Part shown: positions 25,900 through 47,947 of the stretch, piece by piece
Numbering within the stretch: position 1 is the first letter of the stretch
How the letters are laid out: each line of letters opens with the position of its first letter
Source: Paraspadella gotoi
Taxonomy: Eukaryota; Animalia; Chaetognatha
Assembly: GCA_051294375.1 (NCBI GenBank)
Contig: CM119265.1
Location: 27,481,835-27,545,834 of the forward strand
DNA: 64,000 nt
Direction: 5' to 3'
The notes under the pieces: model-generated
The model's database searches: none
Told to the model about the DNA's origin: nothing
What the model saw: only the letters and a program-made list of their open reading frames with translations
Translations under genes and position numbers: made by a program

Positions 25900-28763
25900 T
25901 ATCCCTCTCTCAACGACTTTTCTCGCTTAAAAAGATATGAACTTTAAAAATAACGGAAACTCGATTTTTTTTCAATGTAAATGACAAATAAACTTTATAA
26001 CAATTACTGGCGCAAACGGTTTTTCTCTAACTGCATATAAAAATATAACAAAAAAACTTACCGATAAACGATCTCTTTATTACACGTAAACTGTGATAAA
26101 ACGTTAATACCAGTGGAGACCGATATTTCCAAGAGGATTAACAATCCTTTACAAACAAATGGAAAACCGCATTTTTTTCACATTAGAGTAAAAAGAAGAT
26201 AAAGAAATTTCCTCCGTTCTAAAAAACACCGAAAACATATTTCAAGAAAAAGAGAATAAAAACGTTAAATACTTTCTGCAAATAAGAATCAGATTCGGGA
26301 GATGTATAAAAATTTGAGTCGTGCAGGACGTTATTTAAATATCTTTTTATCAAATTACAAACAGATCTTCCTATTCATTTTTATCTCTTTATGTCTCCTT
26401 TCGTTCTCTCTCTCTCTTTCTATCTCATATATGACTAGCTTTCTCTCACTCTCAATAGGATAAAGGAAACGTTTAAATACACCAGAAACACTTTTTCTCT
26501 GTAGAAAGATATTGAAATTTAAATATAGCAGAAAAAACGTATCTCTCTTTCAATGATAAAGAAGAAAATAAAACTTTAAAAAAAAACGGCCAAACCGTTT
26601 TTTTCCATGTGAAAAGAGAGTTAAAAACACCGAATGAACGACTTTTCTAAGTAAAAGTTTCGACATAATAAATGTTAATACACCGGCGCAGCGACAATAT
26701 TTCCATAGATAACAACTTAAAACAAGGAAAAAGCTTTTTCAATGTTTAAAAAATAAAAAATTTTCTTTAAGAACACCCGCGACAAACAAATATCTTCAAA
26801 TGATAGAGAAAATAAAAACTTTAAATACTTCTGCGAATAACATCTCATGAGGTTGTTAAAATTGGGTGAGGACACATTTATTAATTATCTTTTATCAAAA
26901 CAAAAAATTTCCTCTCTTTATTTTTTATGTCTCCTTCTCTCTCTCTTTTCTTTTAATTTTATTGTTAGCCTTTCTCTCACTCTCAATTAGATAAAAACGT
27001 TAAAGATAACCAGAACGTACTTGTTTCTCTGTAAAAAGATAAATGAAAACTTTAAACATACACACTCAGAAAATCGCATTTTTCTCCATGATAAAAGAAT
27101 GACAAAATTGTTTAACAACAAAACATACTCGTCAAACGTTTCTTGCCAATGTTAAAAAGAGTTAAAAACACCGATGCCTAAACGCAATTCTTTCTTATAA
27201 GTTAAATAGAAGTGAATAAAAACGCGCATTACAATACAACGGGGACTGAATTTCCAAAGACGAGTGAACAACTTTTAACTAAGACGCAAACGGCTTTTTC
27301 CATGTAAAAGATTGATAAAAATTTTTGTGTGAAACACCACGGAAACGACTATTTCAAAGAAAAAAGAATAAAAACGTTACAATACTTCTGCCAAAATTAA
27401 CATCATCGAGTGTATGATACATATTGGAAGTGAGGGACGTTATTTTAAATATCTTGTTCTTACTAAAACAACCAATTTTCTCTTTTTATTGTTTATGTTC
27501 TGCCTGTCTCTCTCTCTTTTTCTCTTAATTTTATTGTATCCTTTTCTCTCCCTCTCAAAGATAAACAGTTAATACACCAGAAAACGACTTTTTCTCTGTA
27601 ACAGATATGAACTTTAGAATCACAGAAACGATTTTTCTTCAATGATAAAAGAATTTAACTTAAAAAAACCGGCAAACTTTTTTTCGATGTTGAGAAAACT
27701 ATTAAATAAACATCCGATAAACGACTTTTCTTAAAGTAAAAAAGTTTTGATAAAAACGTTAAAACAGGTGGCAAGACGACAATTTCAGAAGGTATTGCTT
27801 AATAAACTTATTAAAAACAAAAGGAAACGCTTTTTCCAATGTTAAAAGAGATATAAAAGATTTCGTAAAACACTAGGAAAACGATATTTTCAAAGAAAAA
27901 AAGAGAAATAAATGATCTTAAAAGATTAATATCTGCAAATCATCGATCTCTCTCAGAGGTTGTTAACGATTGAGCTTGTGAGGGTGCAGGATTCATCTAA
28001 GATATCGTCTTATTAAACAAACAAATTTCCTTTTTATTTTATGTCTCTCTCTCTTTCCTCTCTTTATTTTTATGTGTTAGCGTTTCTCTCACTCTCATAG
28101 ATAAAACGTTAAATTACGCCAGAGAAACGACTTTTTCTCGCTAAAAAGATATGAAACTTTTAAAATACAAGAAACGATGTTTCAATGTGAAAAAAAATAA
28201 AAACTTTAAAAAAATATACGCGCTAAACTTTTTTTTTCCGCAATGGTAAAACCATATATAAAAAACACACGCATAACGTACAACTTTTTCTTAAAAGATA
28301 TAAAAAGTTGCATTAAAGACGATTAAATACAGTGGCAGCGATATTTCAAAGAGAGATAACAATTTAAAAAGAAAAAAACGGCTTTTTTCAATGTAAAAAT
28401 AGATAAAAAATTTCTTAAACACCGGGAAAACGATATTTTCAAGAAAAAGACAGATAAATACGTACCGTTAAATACTTCTGCATAAGTGACTCATCGAGGG
28501 TTCGTTTCTTAATAGTATTGGGTAGAGCGTGGGAGGACAGTATGAATTGCTATCATTTTTATTCGAGAACAAACAAATATTCCTATCTTTCTTATTTTTA
28601 GGTCTCTTCTCTCTCTCTTTTCTCTTAATTTATATTGATAGCTTCTCTCAGCTACGTCAAAATAAGGAACGTGTTTAGATCACAGTTAATAAACACCTAA
28701 AAGATAATACGATCTTTTCTCTTTGTTAAAACAATATTGAAAACTTTTAAAAAATCAAGCAGA
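25900..28763. repeat. Tandem satellite, about 545-bp unit, about 5 copies, with internal subrepeats
   Basis: CTCTCACTCTCAA-AGATAAAACGTTAAATACACCAGAAAACGACTTTTTCTC recurs at about 26450, 26980, 27550, 28090 and 28650; the array runs into a gap. Confidence 0.85.
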
Positions 28764-29237
28764 NNNNNNNNNNNNNNNNNNNNNNNNNCATCTAACTCTT
28801 TCAGACGGAAAATTTTCCGCAATCTTTGTCTCAAAACGAGATTATCCCTCAAAGCTTCGAGCCTCGCAAAGGAAATGGCCAAACTTAAGAACAATGTCCA
28901 ACTGCACATTTCTTGTTCCCACATGTTTTGGCACGTGAGACTGACCCGTAATTGACTAAATAAACTTAACTCAAATGCTTTCGAGGCGAGTGGCTAAAAT
29001 AGTGCTAAGAATTGGTACAAGCAATTATAAAATTATCGACTGTGGACCGGCTTTGCGGGTTTAAGGCCTCCATCAAGATACAAGATAACGTCATTGCAGG
29101 ACCTGTAAGCTTTCATTAGAGAGTCTCTCACAGTATTGTTTATTCACTCCCAGAATACCTGGCTTCCATATTAATAAAGTTGCTTGGCGTTGGGATGACA
29201 GGAAGCCTTAAGATAACCTAGCCTGTTCAGTGTTCAC

Positions 29238-29567
29238 TAAGGCGTAGTGAAAGTTATATACAAAAATTCTAAAAGTCTTTCTAATTTTTGACCCACTTAA
29301 TGAAGGAATTTTTCAAAAAGAGTTATATTTCTTTTTAACAACTTTTTATGACGAATCCAAATCTGCAAAAATATCTTTAAAAAAAATGTTTTGAAATTTT
29401 AACATTTATTGGTTTAGTACTAGTATAAATATGGCCTACTGCGTAAATTGAAAAATTTATTATAAATAATATAAAAAATATTATAAATGTTCATTAGTAT
29501 AATGTTGTTCGTTCCTCACTTTTAGAATTTTAATTAAAGTTAAATTTAGAAATTTTACTACGCCTTA
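29238..29567. mobile_element. hAT-type MITE with 8-bp TSD
   Basis: TIR TAAGGCGTAGT...ACTACGCCTTA flanked by direct GTGTTCAC (29230-29237 and 29568-29575). Confidence 0.88.
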
Positions 29568-31159
29568 GTGTTCACAGTCAGGTTGCAACATAGCTTATTT
29601 ATCGAACGAATAATTTTTCTATTATACTTTACTCTCTACGCAACTAATCCTTTATCTCTTCTTCCGACACAGTTCAAGCCTTTTTTTCCAACTACCTGCA
29701 TCTAAAATGCGGCTTAACCTCTTCCTCCCTTACTCCAGCGTCGAACTTACCCACTCACTCTCACACCTCACTCACCCCAAAACGCCCACAGCCCCACACG
29801 CATTCAAGTCCCCCACACATCATCCCCTGCGTCTAATCCACCCTGTCACTCTGGCACCTCGCCCCTCTTGAGGACCTCTGGGCCGAGCGTGCCCCCGAAA
29901 AGGAAAGAATCCTTCTAACAAGTACTATCTCTCTCTCTCTCTCTCTCCCTCTCCCTCCCCTCCACTCCCTCTTCTCCTCTCCTCTCTCATCGATCGCTAT
30001 CATCTCTTCCTCACAAATCCGCACACAATGCACAAACCGCCTACTATTAAACCCACTCTCTCCTTGCCCGCGAACTGCTAAGTGACATTGGTACTTTACC
30101 CCATCGCCAGGATTTTCCTCAGCTGAACGGACACTCTCTGCTTCCTTCTACTCTCTCTCTCCTCTCCTTCTTCCCTCCTCTCTCTCCGTCTCCTCTCTCT
30201 CTCTCTCCCTCTCTTCTCCCGCTCTTTCCACTCCTTTTTGCCTCTTCTCCTCTTTTGTTAAGCCTCCATTTTTGCTCTTTCCTGGCTTCTTTTCTTCTCC
30301 TTTTTTTTCTCTTTCTATATCTTTTTTTATTTTTTCTTTTCTTATTTTTTACCTTCTTTTTTCTGAGGCGCGCTCACCTTTCTCCACAAAAAAAAATTGC
30401 TCTTGTCCTTCTGACTTCCCTTCCTCTCTTTTCTTTTTCTTTTTCTCATCTTTTCCTCTCTCCCTCTCTTTCTCCTTTTATCTTCCTTCTCTCGTTCTCT
30501 CCTTCTCTCTTTCTCCCTTCTCTCTCTCTTCTCTCTCCTCTCTCTCTCTCTTCTTCTCCTCCTCATCTCCTCCTCTCTCCCCTTCCCTCCAGACTTTTTT
30601 CTGCTTCCCCTTTCCTCTCCATAAGATCTGTTGTCAAATTATCTTTCATCCTCTTTTTTTCCTTCATATTTTCCGTCCATCCGCAAGGACTCGTAAAGAA
30701 ACTTTATAAGTCACTTTTCGGTCGGTCCATCGGTCCGTTGGTCGGTCGGTCAGTATGTCTGTCCGTCGGTCTGTCCCACTTATATTAGAAATGCATATAA
30801 TTTGCCTATAGTTGATTGATTTGAGGTTTTTTTTCTGAGCTAGCGCCGCCTTCAGGAATTCCTAAAACTATAAAGAATAAAAGACGATATATTTATGCAG
30901 TACATGTCATAAATACACGGGCAAAACAATTTGTTAGTCAAGTCATGTCATGTCACGTCATATCATGTAATCAAAGTCACTACGGCGCAACACATTGGAC
31001 TCACCGTTCTTCTTTTCTCTTTTTATCTCATATTTTCACCCATTTTTTTTCTTATTTTTTCTCACAACTAATTTTCTTTTTTCCCTTTTTTTGTCTACGA
31101 CGTGAACTCGATATTTTGTTTTCTCTTTATTTCTTCCTATCACCATTCTTTTCATTTTT

Positions 31160-31201
<42 letters not shown>

Positions 31202-32705
31202 ACCGTGAGTGAGTCTCTCCCGGGACGGCGAAACATGAATATACTAAGTAAGTAAAACTCACCACTACGATGTCTAGTACACTAGAAGGGCAGGCACCTT
31301 GAGCGCGGTCACCCTGAGGCCAGGCGCGAGGCGCCAGGCGCCCGCCCACAATGGCCCGACTCGATCTTTGGACTCCAACGACGCGGATGAGTCGCGTCTC
31401 TCGAGAAACTGAAGATTCTTGAATCTCGTAGGAAAAGATTTGGAAAACAAAAAGAAAGAAAAAGACGAAACAGAACGAAAACAGAAGCCGAGGAGGAGGA
31501 GGAGGAGGAGGAGGAGGAGGAGGAGGAGGTAGAGAAGACCAGGGGAGTCCCTGAAAAAAGTTGGTATAAAAAATAATTACACTTATTTAAACAAAAAAGC
31601 GAAATCAAAATTATTATTCTAACGCTGATAATATTTCAAATTTTATTGAAATTTAGGGGGAAAAATTAGCGGAGGCGCGAATCCGCAAATTCTAAATCTG
31701 GATTCCGTAACGTCGGACATTTTCAGCCTCTTCTTTCTTTTCAATTCTCGCGAGGGCTATCACTCTCCCGCTCACTTTTGCTATCTCTCTTTCGCACTCA
31801 CTCTATTTTCCATTCCAAAAACTCTCTCTCGCTCTCGCTCTCGCTCTCGCATTCTAAGAGAGAATCAGCCTTGTAAACGCCCAGGCAAACTGCCGGTCTA
31901 CTAGCCAAGCGGACAGGCTACCAGTCAATCTGCCAGCCACTCACTCAAAGACAATCTTCCTCCAGGTCAACCAGCCAATCAAGATCGTCCGCCACGAATT
32001 CACCAGCTAAAACCAACCAATCAGAATCCGATAAAAGAGTTTTCAGAAAGCAATCAAAAGGTATCAAAAAGAAAAAAAAAACAGAAAAAAAAACCAGAAA
32101 TAAAAACAAGAAATAACACCACTTTTCGATTTAATCAGTAAAAAAACAATGGCGACAAACAGACCGAAGACATCTTTTATCATTTGTATTCCTGTCGCTT
32201 CTCCCTCCCTCTCCCCTTCCCCCTCTCCCTCTCTCCCCTTCTCCCTCGGCCCTCGTTCTCCCCCCTCATCCTCTGCCTCTCTCCCCCTTCTCCCTCTCCA
32301 TCTCTCTCTTCACGGGTCACTTCCGGTCAAATTGGTTCATGTGGGAGGAAATATGGCGCTGGTTACGCGAGGCGACGCCCGATGCGGGAAGACTGGGACT
32401 TATCTCTTCTCCCGACCCGAAAACTCTCTCTCTCTCANNNNNNNNNNNNNNNNNNNNNNNNNNNNNNNNNNNNNNNNNNNNNNNNNNNNNNNNNNNNNNN
32501 NNNNNNNNNNNNNNNNNNNNNNNNNNNNNNNNNNNNNNNNNNNNNNNNNNNNNNNNNNNNNNNNNNNNNNNNNNNNNNNNNNNNNNNNNNNNNNNNNNNN
32601 NNNNNNNNNNNNNNNNNNNNNNNNNNNNNNNNNNNNNNNNNNNNNNNNNNNNNNNNNNNNNNNNNNNNNNNNNNNNNNNNNNNNNNNNNNNNNNNNNNNN
32701 NNNNN

Positions 32706-32740
<35 letters not shown>

Positions 32741-35700
32741 GCATCTTCATTTAAATAACTCTTTATTTACTTTCCTATGAAATTGGTACAACCAATATAA
32801 AAATTATCCATTCATTTAATAAATAAGCTATATTGTCCCTGACTTTGGATAGGCTTTGGTGGTTTACCATTACCATTTCCAATCTTTTCTATTCTCCTTA
32901 TTCCTTCAATTTTTCCTTTATCTTCTTCTTCTATCTCCTTCTTTTTTTTTCTTTCATTCTATTCTCCTAAGTAAATTCCTCCTACTCTCCCCGAATCCAT
33001 TATCCCTTAACTTAATCCCTTCGGTCAAAGTTCTTTGCCACCATCCGATGCCATTTTCCCTCGCGGTCTTTAAATCCTTTTTTCCATTTTCCTCCCTTCT
33101 CAAATTACCATCTTCCTCTTTCTCCAACTCTTTCTCTCCTCTCTTTCTCCTTCTCTCTCTTCCTCTTATTTTTCTCCTTTTTACTCTTATTTCTCCTCAC
33201 TCCTCCTCCTTCTCCTCCTCCTCCTCCTCTTCCCCCTCTTCTTCATCTTCATCCACATCATCTTCCGCGAAGTCGGCGAGGGACCGAATATGGTAATTTC
33301 TATCCCCATCTCTCTCTNNNNNNNNNNNNNNNNNNNNNNNNNNNNNNNNNNNNNNNNNNNNNNNNNNNNNNNNNNNNNNNNNNNNNNNNNNNNNNNNNNN
33401 NNNNNNNNNNNNNNNNNNNNNNNNNNNNNNNNNNNNNNNNNNNNNNNNNNNNNNNNNNNNNNNNNNNNNNNNNNNNNNNNNNNNNNNNNNNNNNNNNNNN
33501 NNNNNNNNNNNNNNNNNNNNNNNNNNNNNNNNNNNNNNNNNNNNNNNNNNNNNNNNNNNNNNNNNNNNNNNNNNNNNNNNNNNNNNNNNNNNNNNNNNNN
33601 NNNNNNNNNNNNNNNNNNNNNNNNNNNNNNNNNNNNNNNNNNNNNNNNNNNNNNNNNNNNNNNNNNNNNNNNNNNNNNNNNNNNNNNNNNNNNNNNNNNN
33701 NNNNNNNNNNNNNNNNNNNNNNNNNNNNNNNNNNNNNNNNNNNNNNNNNNNNNNNNNNNNNNNNNNNNNNNNNNNNNNNNNNNNNNNNNNNNNNNNNNNN
33801 NNNNNNNNNNNNNNNNNNNNNNNNNNNNNNNNGACAAGAATGAACAAACGTTTTAGACTAATAACAATGAACGTAAAATTTTGTTTTTGAATCAATGTAT
33901 TATGCACCTTGAAATGCATAATGTTTGTAAATTTTATATATTTTATACTTCGTGACGTCACGTGATAACCAGAAAATTAGTCACCACAGCGCAACGCCCT
34001 CTACTTGTCTGTCCTTGTTTTTGATATTCCCCACTGAATCACCCGATTCAAACTCTTTTCCGGAAATTCATTACCGACGTCGATTTAAAGCGGATCCCAT
34101 GTAATATTTTCCTTCGTTGTATTTCGGTCTCTCGGGTGGAGAGAGAAAAAATCGAGTCTCACTGTATCCCAGCTCGCGGGATAATTTATGCCGAGAGAAA
34201 AGTCTCTTTGGAACGGCGTTAGGGGAAAAGAAGAAGAGAGGNNNNNNNNNNNNNNNNNNNNNNNNNNNNNNNNNNNNNNNNNNNNNNNNNNNNNNNNNNN
34301 NNNNNNNNNNNNNNNNNNNNNNNNNNNNNNNNNNNNNNNNNNNNNNNNNNNNNNNNNNNNNNNNNNNNNNNNNNNNNNNNNNNNNNNNNNNNNNNNNNNN
34401 NNNNNNNNNNNNNNNNNNNNNNNNNNNNNNNNNNNNNNNNNNNNNNNNNNNNNNNNNNNNNNNNNNNNNNNNNNNNNNNNNNNNNNNNNNNNNNNNNNNN
34501 NNNNNNNNAGAAGGGAGGAGGGAGAAGTAGAAAACGAAAGAGAGAGGAAAGAAAGAGAGGGTAAAATTGTTTATGAGTCGGAGATGGCGTAATGGCGGAC
34601 TGCGTCAAAGGGACGAAACCTTGGAAAAATTAGGGTTGATGATGATGAAAGGACACGAGACGGAGTAAGTTAGAAAGAAGTGAGGTTATTTAGTTTGTTG
34701 AGCCGGAGTGACTTTATTTTCACATGTATTTCTCGTGACTTGACATGACATGACGTGACATGACTACCGGACTACAATAACTATCTTAGCCTGTGTATTA
34801 GAGTGATGTGAAAATGATAAAATTTTAGAAAATTAAAATTTAGCATATAAAACATGAACATAAAAACCAATAAAAATATTTTGGTAAATTTATTTTTTAA
34901 TTTTTTATTTTTAGGATTTCCTGAAGGCGGCGGTAGCAGTCACTCAAATTTGAGATTTTTTTCCTTCATAACAAATGCGCAATTAACTATAGGCAAGTTG
35001 TAAACATTTTTAACGTAAGTGGGACAGACTGAAAGACAGACATACCGACCGTCTGACAGACCAACCAAAAAGTGACTAAAAAAGAGAGAGATGATGGGCA
35101 AATGTGGGTAAAGGAATTAAGGAGTGAATTTTAAGAGTTGAGAAAGTGTAAAGCAAAGAGGGAATGGATCTGAAATGTTTGGAGCTCAAGAGGAGAAGAG
35201 GAAGTTGGAGGGTGGGACCTTAGGGTTTGTGCACGGAGGGCTGCGGATGAAGCGGGAGGAAAGCACAGAAGAAAAGAACGGTGACTTAAAGATGAAGGGA
35301 AGAGGAGAACGCTTGCTAAAAAAAAGCAGAGAAGAGGAGAATGCTCGATAAAAAAAGAAGAGAAAATAAGAACGCTCACTAAAGAAAGCAGAGAAGAGGA
35401 GAATGCTTGCGAGAAAAAGGAGAAAAAAGGTGAAAGCTTGCTAAAAAAAGCAGAGAAGTGATGAAGGGGACCGAGGGAAGGAAAAAGTGAGAAAGATTTT
35501 TTTTTCTTTCCTTCGCTTTTCGCTAATTTTTTTCCTTCATATTTTTTCTACTGAAAAAAAAAATTTTCAGTTTTATTCTCGTTTTATGCTAATTTTTTTT
35601 TCTCTTTTTTTTTTCTTTGACTTTTTTTCTCTACATTTTTCTTCCAAACCCGAGTTTTTTATTCTATGAAAAAAAATTTGAAAGCGGTTGACGAAACTCC

Positions 35701-36500
35701 GTTCAAAAGGTTGAATTAATTGGGTTGAAAGTGTTGAAGTGACTGGGTTTGAAAAGTTGGAATTAATTGGGTTCAAAGTGATGAATTAATTGGGTTCGAA
35801 ATGTTGAATAAATTGGGTTTGAAGTGTTGAATTAATTGGGTTTGAAAGTTAGAAGAAACCGTGTCCAAAGTGTTGGAATACTTTTTGAATTTTGATTAAA
35901 TTTAGTAGTCACTTGTTTTCTGTAACTATATATAACAGACGCCGTAATGCTAAATTACTAACTAATTTTACGTGCTGCCATCTTGAATTCACTTTTGGAA
36001 ATATTTTTAAGAAACAAAAGAAAAACAAAAGAAAAACAAAAGAAACAAAAGGCAGCTTCACATAAAGTTAAAACTCTATCGTGTTTATTTCAATCCTTTT
36101 AAAACCAAATAATTCAATTCTTTAAATACATAAAGTTACTAAATTATGGGTTGAATTAACCTCGTTCGAAAGCCGATATTCCTCCCACACAAGATTCCTC
36201 CCAATTGGTTTCCTCCCACACAGGATTTCTTCCATGCAGGGGAGGAATCCCGTGTGGGAGGAATCCCGCTGAAACCCGAAAGCCTTGTATTTACGGCGGT
36301 TTTGAAATTAATTATATCGACATAGAAGAAGTGAATTAGGGCAAAATTATAAAACAGGTTTCAAAGAAAGACGAGTGGAGAGAAACAGGAATTTTCAAAA
36401 GTAATTTCAATTTGAATTTTAAAGGTGAGATCAGTCATGGCTTTCTCCGAGTGACGGGGGACCTCCCCCCCATTTGAGTTATGAAAATTTTACTGTTCTA

Positions 36501-36531
<31 letters not shown>

Positions 36532-37126
36532 CCGTGAACACTGAAATTATTTTAAGTAGAGATAATGAAAGTAATGTTACCATCAGAGGAAAGAAAGGGC
36601 AGGCGGCGGCGGCGGCGTAAGCGGCAGGCGGCGGCGGCGGAAGCGGCAGGCGGCAAGTCGAGATTGAGATTCGAACTCACGGTTTCTCTCCCTCAACAGT
36701 TTCTTTTTACGACCCACTGAAGAATAAAAGAAAAACCCTTACGACCAATAAAGAAAAAAAATATTGAGAAAAAAAATTTGCTTTGCTTTGTAGGTCTTTG
36801 AAAAAAACAAGTCTTACTCTCTTTCTCCTCTCGTCGGTCTCTTCTCATCTCTGCCCTCATCTCTCTCTCTTCCCTCTCTCACTCCTCTACTCTCTCTCCT
36901 CTCTCTCTCTCTCTCTCTTCTCTCTCTTTCATAACTGGTCTTTTAAACCCATTTCGTCACCTGCATCAAAAAGACAACTAATATACACCCGTGCTCTCTC
37001 TCTCTCTCTCTCTCTTCTCTCTCCTCTCTCTCCTCTCTCTCTCTTCTCTCTCTCTCTCTTCATCTCTCTCCTTCCCCTCCTCCCTCCCTCCCTGCTTCCT
37101 CTTCTCTCCGCTCCCCTCTATCTCTC

Positions 37127-37159
<33 letters not shown>

Positions 37160-37167
<8 letters not shown>

Positions 37168-37608
37168 CTCGGCGTCTCTTCTCCTCTCATCATCATCGTC
37201 GTCAGTCTCATCACGACGTCAACGACGCGACTTCCATGACGCCGCGAGATCCTCCGCCATCTAGCGACCAATGGCGATGCTCCGTCCGGCGCCGGCGTTA
37301 CCGGCGTCGCGAGAGAGAAGGAGTCGATGGCGGCGTCGATGGCGGCGTGGATCGACACCGGGGGCGGCGTGTCGTTGTTTTTGTCGTGTGTGGTGGTGGC
37401 AGAACTCATTGTGGCTTATGAACGGTTTAGTTAATTTTTTTAATTAGCAAATTAGATTTAACTTATGTTTAAATATTATACTATATAATATAATTAATTA
37501 ACTCATGTAACTAAATTAACTCAAATTGACTTATTGTTTAACTTGACAACCTAACGAGGTTAATTATTATTAGAATTAATTAATTACTTAATTCGAAAAT
37601 GTAGTGAA
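37160..37608 (-). pseudogene. Inverted, frameshifted copy of patatin-TPR exon 1 plus about 200 bp upstream
   Basis: Near-identical reverse complement of 37673-38122 on the other side of a 25-N gap. Indels break the DGGG frame, and no further patatin exons are visible to the left. Confidence 0.75.
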
Positions 37609-37873
37609 NNNNNNNNNNNNNNNNNNNNNNNNNCTCTCTCTTTCTCTCTCTCTCCGTTCATTTTCGGAACATTTCACTACATTTTCGAATTAAGTAATTA
37701 ATTAATTCTAATAATAATTAACCTCGTTAGGTTTGTCAAGTTAAACAATAAGTCAATTTGAGTTAATTTAGTTACATGAGTTAATTAATTATATATATAG
37801 TATAATATTTAAACATAAAGTTAATATCTAATTTGCTAATTAAAAAAATTAACTAAACCGTTCATAAGCCACA

Positions 37874-45982
<8,109 letters not shown>

Positions 45983-46470
45983 TTGGGACGAGACGAATTT
46001 TTCAAAATATCGGATTTCTTATCAAAATTCTTGATAGTAATAGTATAAAAAGTCTATAACACTGGCGGTCTAAAAGTTTTTTATCAACGTAAATACCTTG
46101 CTAATGGTATCTTTAGAATAGTTCACTTCGTTATACTAGAATAATACATAAATTAGTTTGAGCAAAGCTGTTGTTAAAAAATAAAGTCTTTAATTTTGAT
46201 TGGTGAATGCAATTTAAACTAATATTGTTGTTTTATCATTAGTCTTTTCAAATTTGTGTATCAATTTTAAATCATGAATAGAAGATTATTAATTTGTGAA
46301 ATATTTATAAACAAAAAAAAAAGATTAAAAAGATCTCTCTTCCTCTCTTCCTCTCTCTCTCTACGAGGGTATGTAGGCGCGTGCCGAGAGGGAGATAAAG
46401 CCGCGGCAGTTACTCTCTCGTCTCCGTCTCTAGCTGTCTCACGTCTCTCATCTTCTACTCATCTCTCTTG

Positions 46471-46513
<43 letters not shown>

Positions 46514-46769
46514 TTTCGTTTTTCCCTTTTTCTGTCTTTCTTTACTCTTCTTAATTCAATGTGAAATATTCACACCCGTCAAAAACAAAAATTCATGAGG
46601 TCGCTCGCCACCCGAAAGGACAAAATGACATCGGACGGCGAAAAAAAAACGGATTCGTAGCTTAAGCAACGAAAAACGCGCCGCATAGATTTAGCGCTTA
46701 GCAACGAGATGACCATTTATCCTCTTACGGCGCCGCCGATTACGACCGCCGCGGCGCGGACTTCATTAC

Positions 46770-46871
46770 GGGAGAGAGAGAGGAGAGAGAGAGAAGAGAG
46801 AAAGAGTGAGAGAGAGAGAGAGAGAGAGAGGATAAGAAGAGAGAGAGTGAAGAGAGAGAGAGAGAGAAAGA

Positions 46872-46902
<31 letters not shown>

Positions 46903-46945
46903 GGAGAGAGTGAGAGAGAGAGAGAGAGAGGGAGAGAGAGAGAGG

Positions 46946-46995
<50 letters not shown>

Positions 46996-47068
46996 GGAGA
47001 GAGGAGATGAAGAGAGAGAGAAGAGGATAGAGCAGGAGAGGAGAGAGAGAGAGAGAGAGAGAAAGAGT

Positions 47069-47103
<35 letters not shown>

Positions 47104-47215
47104 AGAGGGGAGAAAGAGAGGAGGGAGAGGAGAAGAGAGAGAGAGAGAGAGAGAGAAAAGAGAGAGAGAGGGAGAGGAGAATAGGAGAGAAGAGAGGGAG
47201 GGGGGGAGAGAGAGG

Positions 47216-47281
<66 letters not shown>

Positions 47282-47364
47282 AAGAGGGTGAGAGAGAGAG
47301 AGAAATGAGAGAGAGGTCGGGGGGGAAGAAGAGGGGAGAGAATTGAGAGAGAGAAAGATTGAGA

Positions 47365-47396
<32 letters not shown>

Positions 47397-47539
47397 AAGA
47401 GGAGAGAGGAGAGAGAGGAGAGAGAGAGAGAGTGAGAGAGGAGAGAGAGAGAGAGAAAGAAGAGGAGAGAAGAGAGAGAGAGAGAGAGAAGGAGAAGAGA
47501 GAGTGAGAGAGAGGAGTTAGAGAGAGAGAAGAGAGAGGG

Positions 47540-47587
<48 letters not shown>

Positions 47588-47675
47588 AGAGGGAGAGAGA
47601 AGAGAGAAGACGAAGAGAGAGAGAGAGAGAGAGAAAGAGAAGAGGAGAGGAGAAAGAGGAGAGAAGAGAGAGAAA

Positions 47676-47707
<32 letters not shown>

Positions 47708-47730
47708 GAGGGAGAGAAGGGGAAAGAAGG
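46770..47730. repeat. About 1-kb imperfect (GA)n tract
   Basis: Direct reading. Confidence 0.95.
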
Positions 47731-47881
47731 GGGATTCGGGATTCACTATTAATATTATGCAAAAGGCAGTCCTCGTTCGACACCGCCAACGAATACACAA
47801 CAACAACGAATAACACATCAACAACTTGGATAATGGTTATAAATCGACGTGGGAAGAAATGGTTTTTATTCTCTCTCTTTC

Positions 47882-47947
<66 letters not shown>

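Larger units (their letters stand above)
23466..31550 (-). pseudogene. Possible degenerate or mis-sequenced trypsin-like (S1) serine protease gene
   Basis: An open AG..GT exon at 31550-31263 reads hydrophobic segment then SSRAIVGGRLAPRAWP. Weaker remnants follow in the expected order: WV..HCV (about 30030), GDVELMKV (about 24675), IIRP.I.L (about 23640). No GDSGGP was found. Confidence 0.3.

Noticed and set aside
25900-28763. CRISPR-like array
   Set aside because: Eukaryotic context, no cas genes, and the spacers repeat with the 545-bp period, so it is a satellite.
32310-32420. Promoter-like ETS (ACTTCCGG) and YY1-like (AATATGGCG) motifs
   Set aside because: Short motifs next to a gap with no linked transcription start; cannot be supported.
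46709-47824. Long ORFs of (ER)n or (SL)n, and similar ORFs throughout the window
   Set aside because: Translations of GA/CT microsatellites with no splice or domain support.
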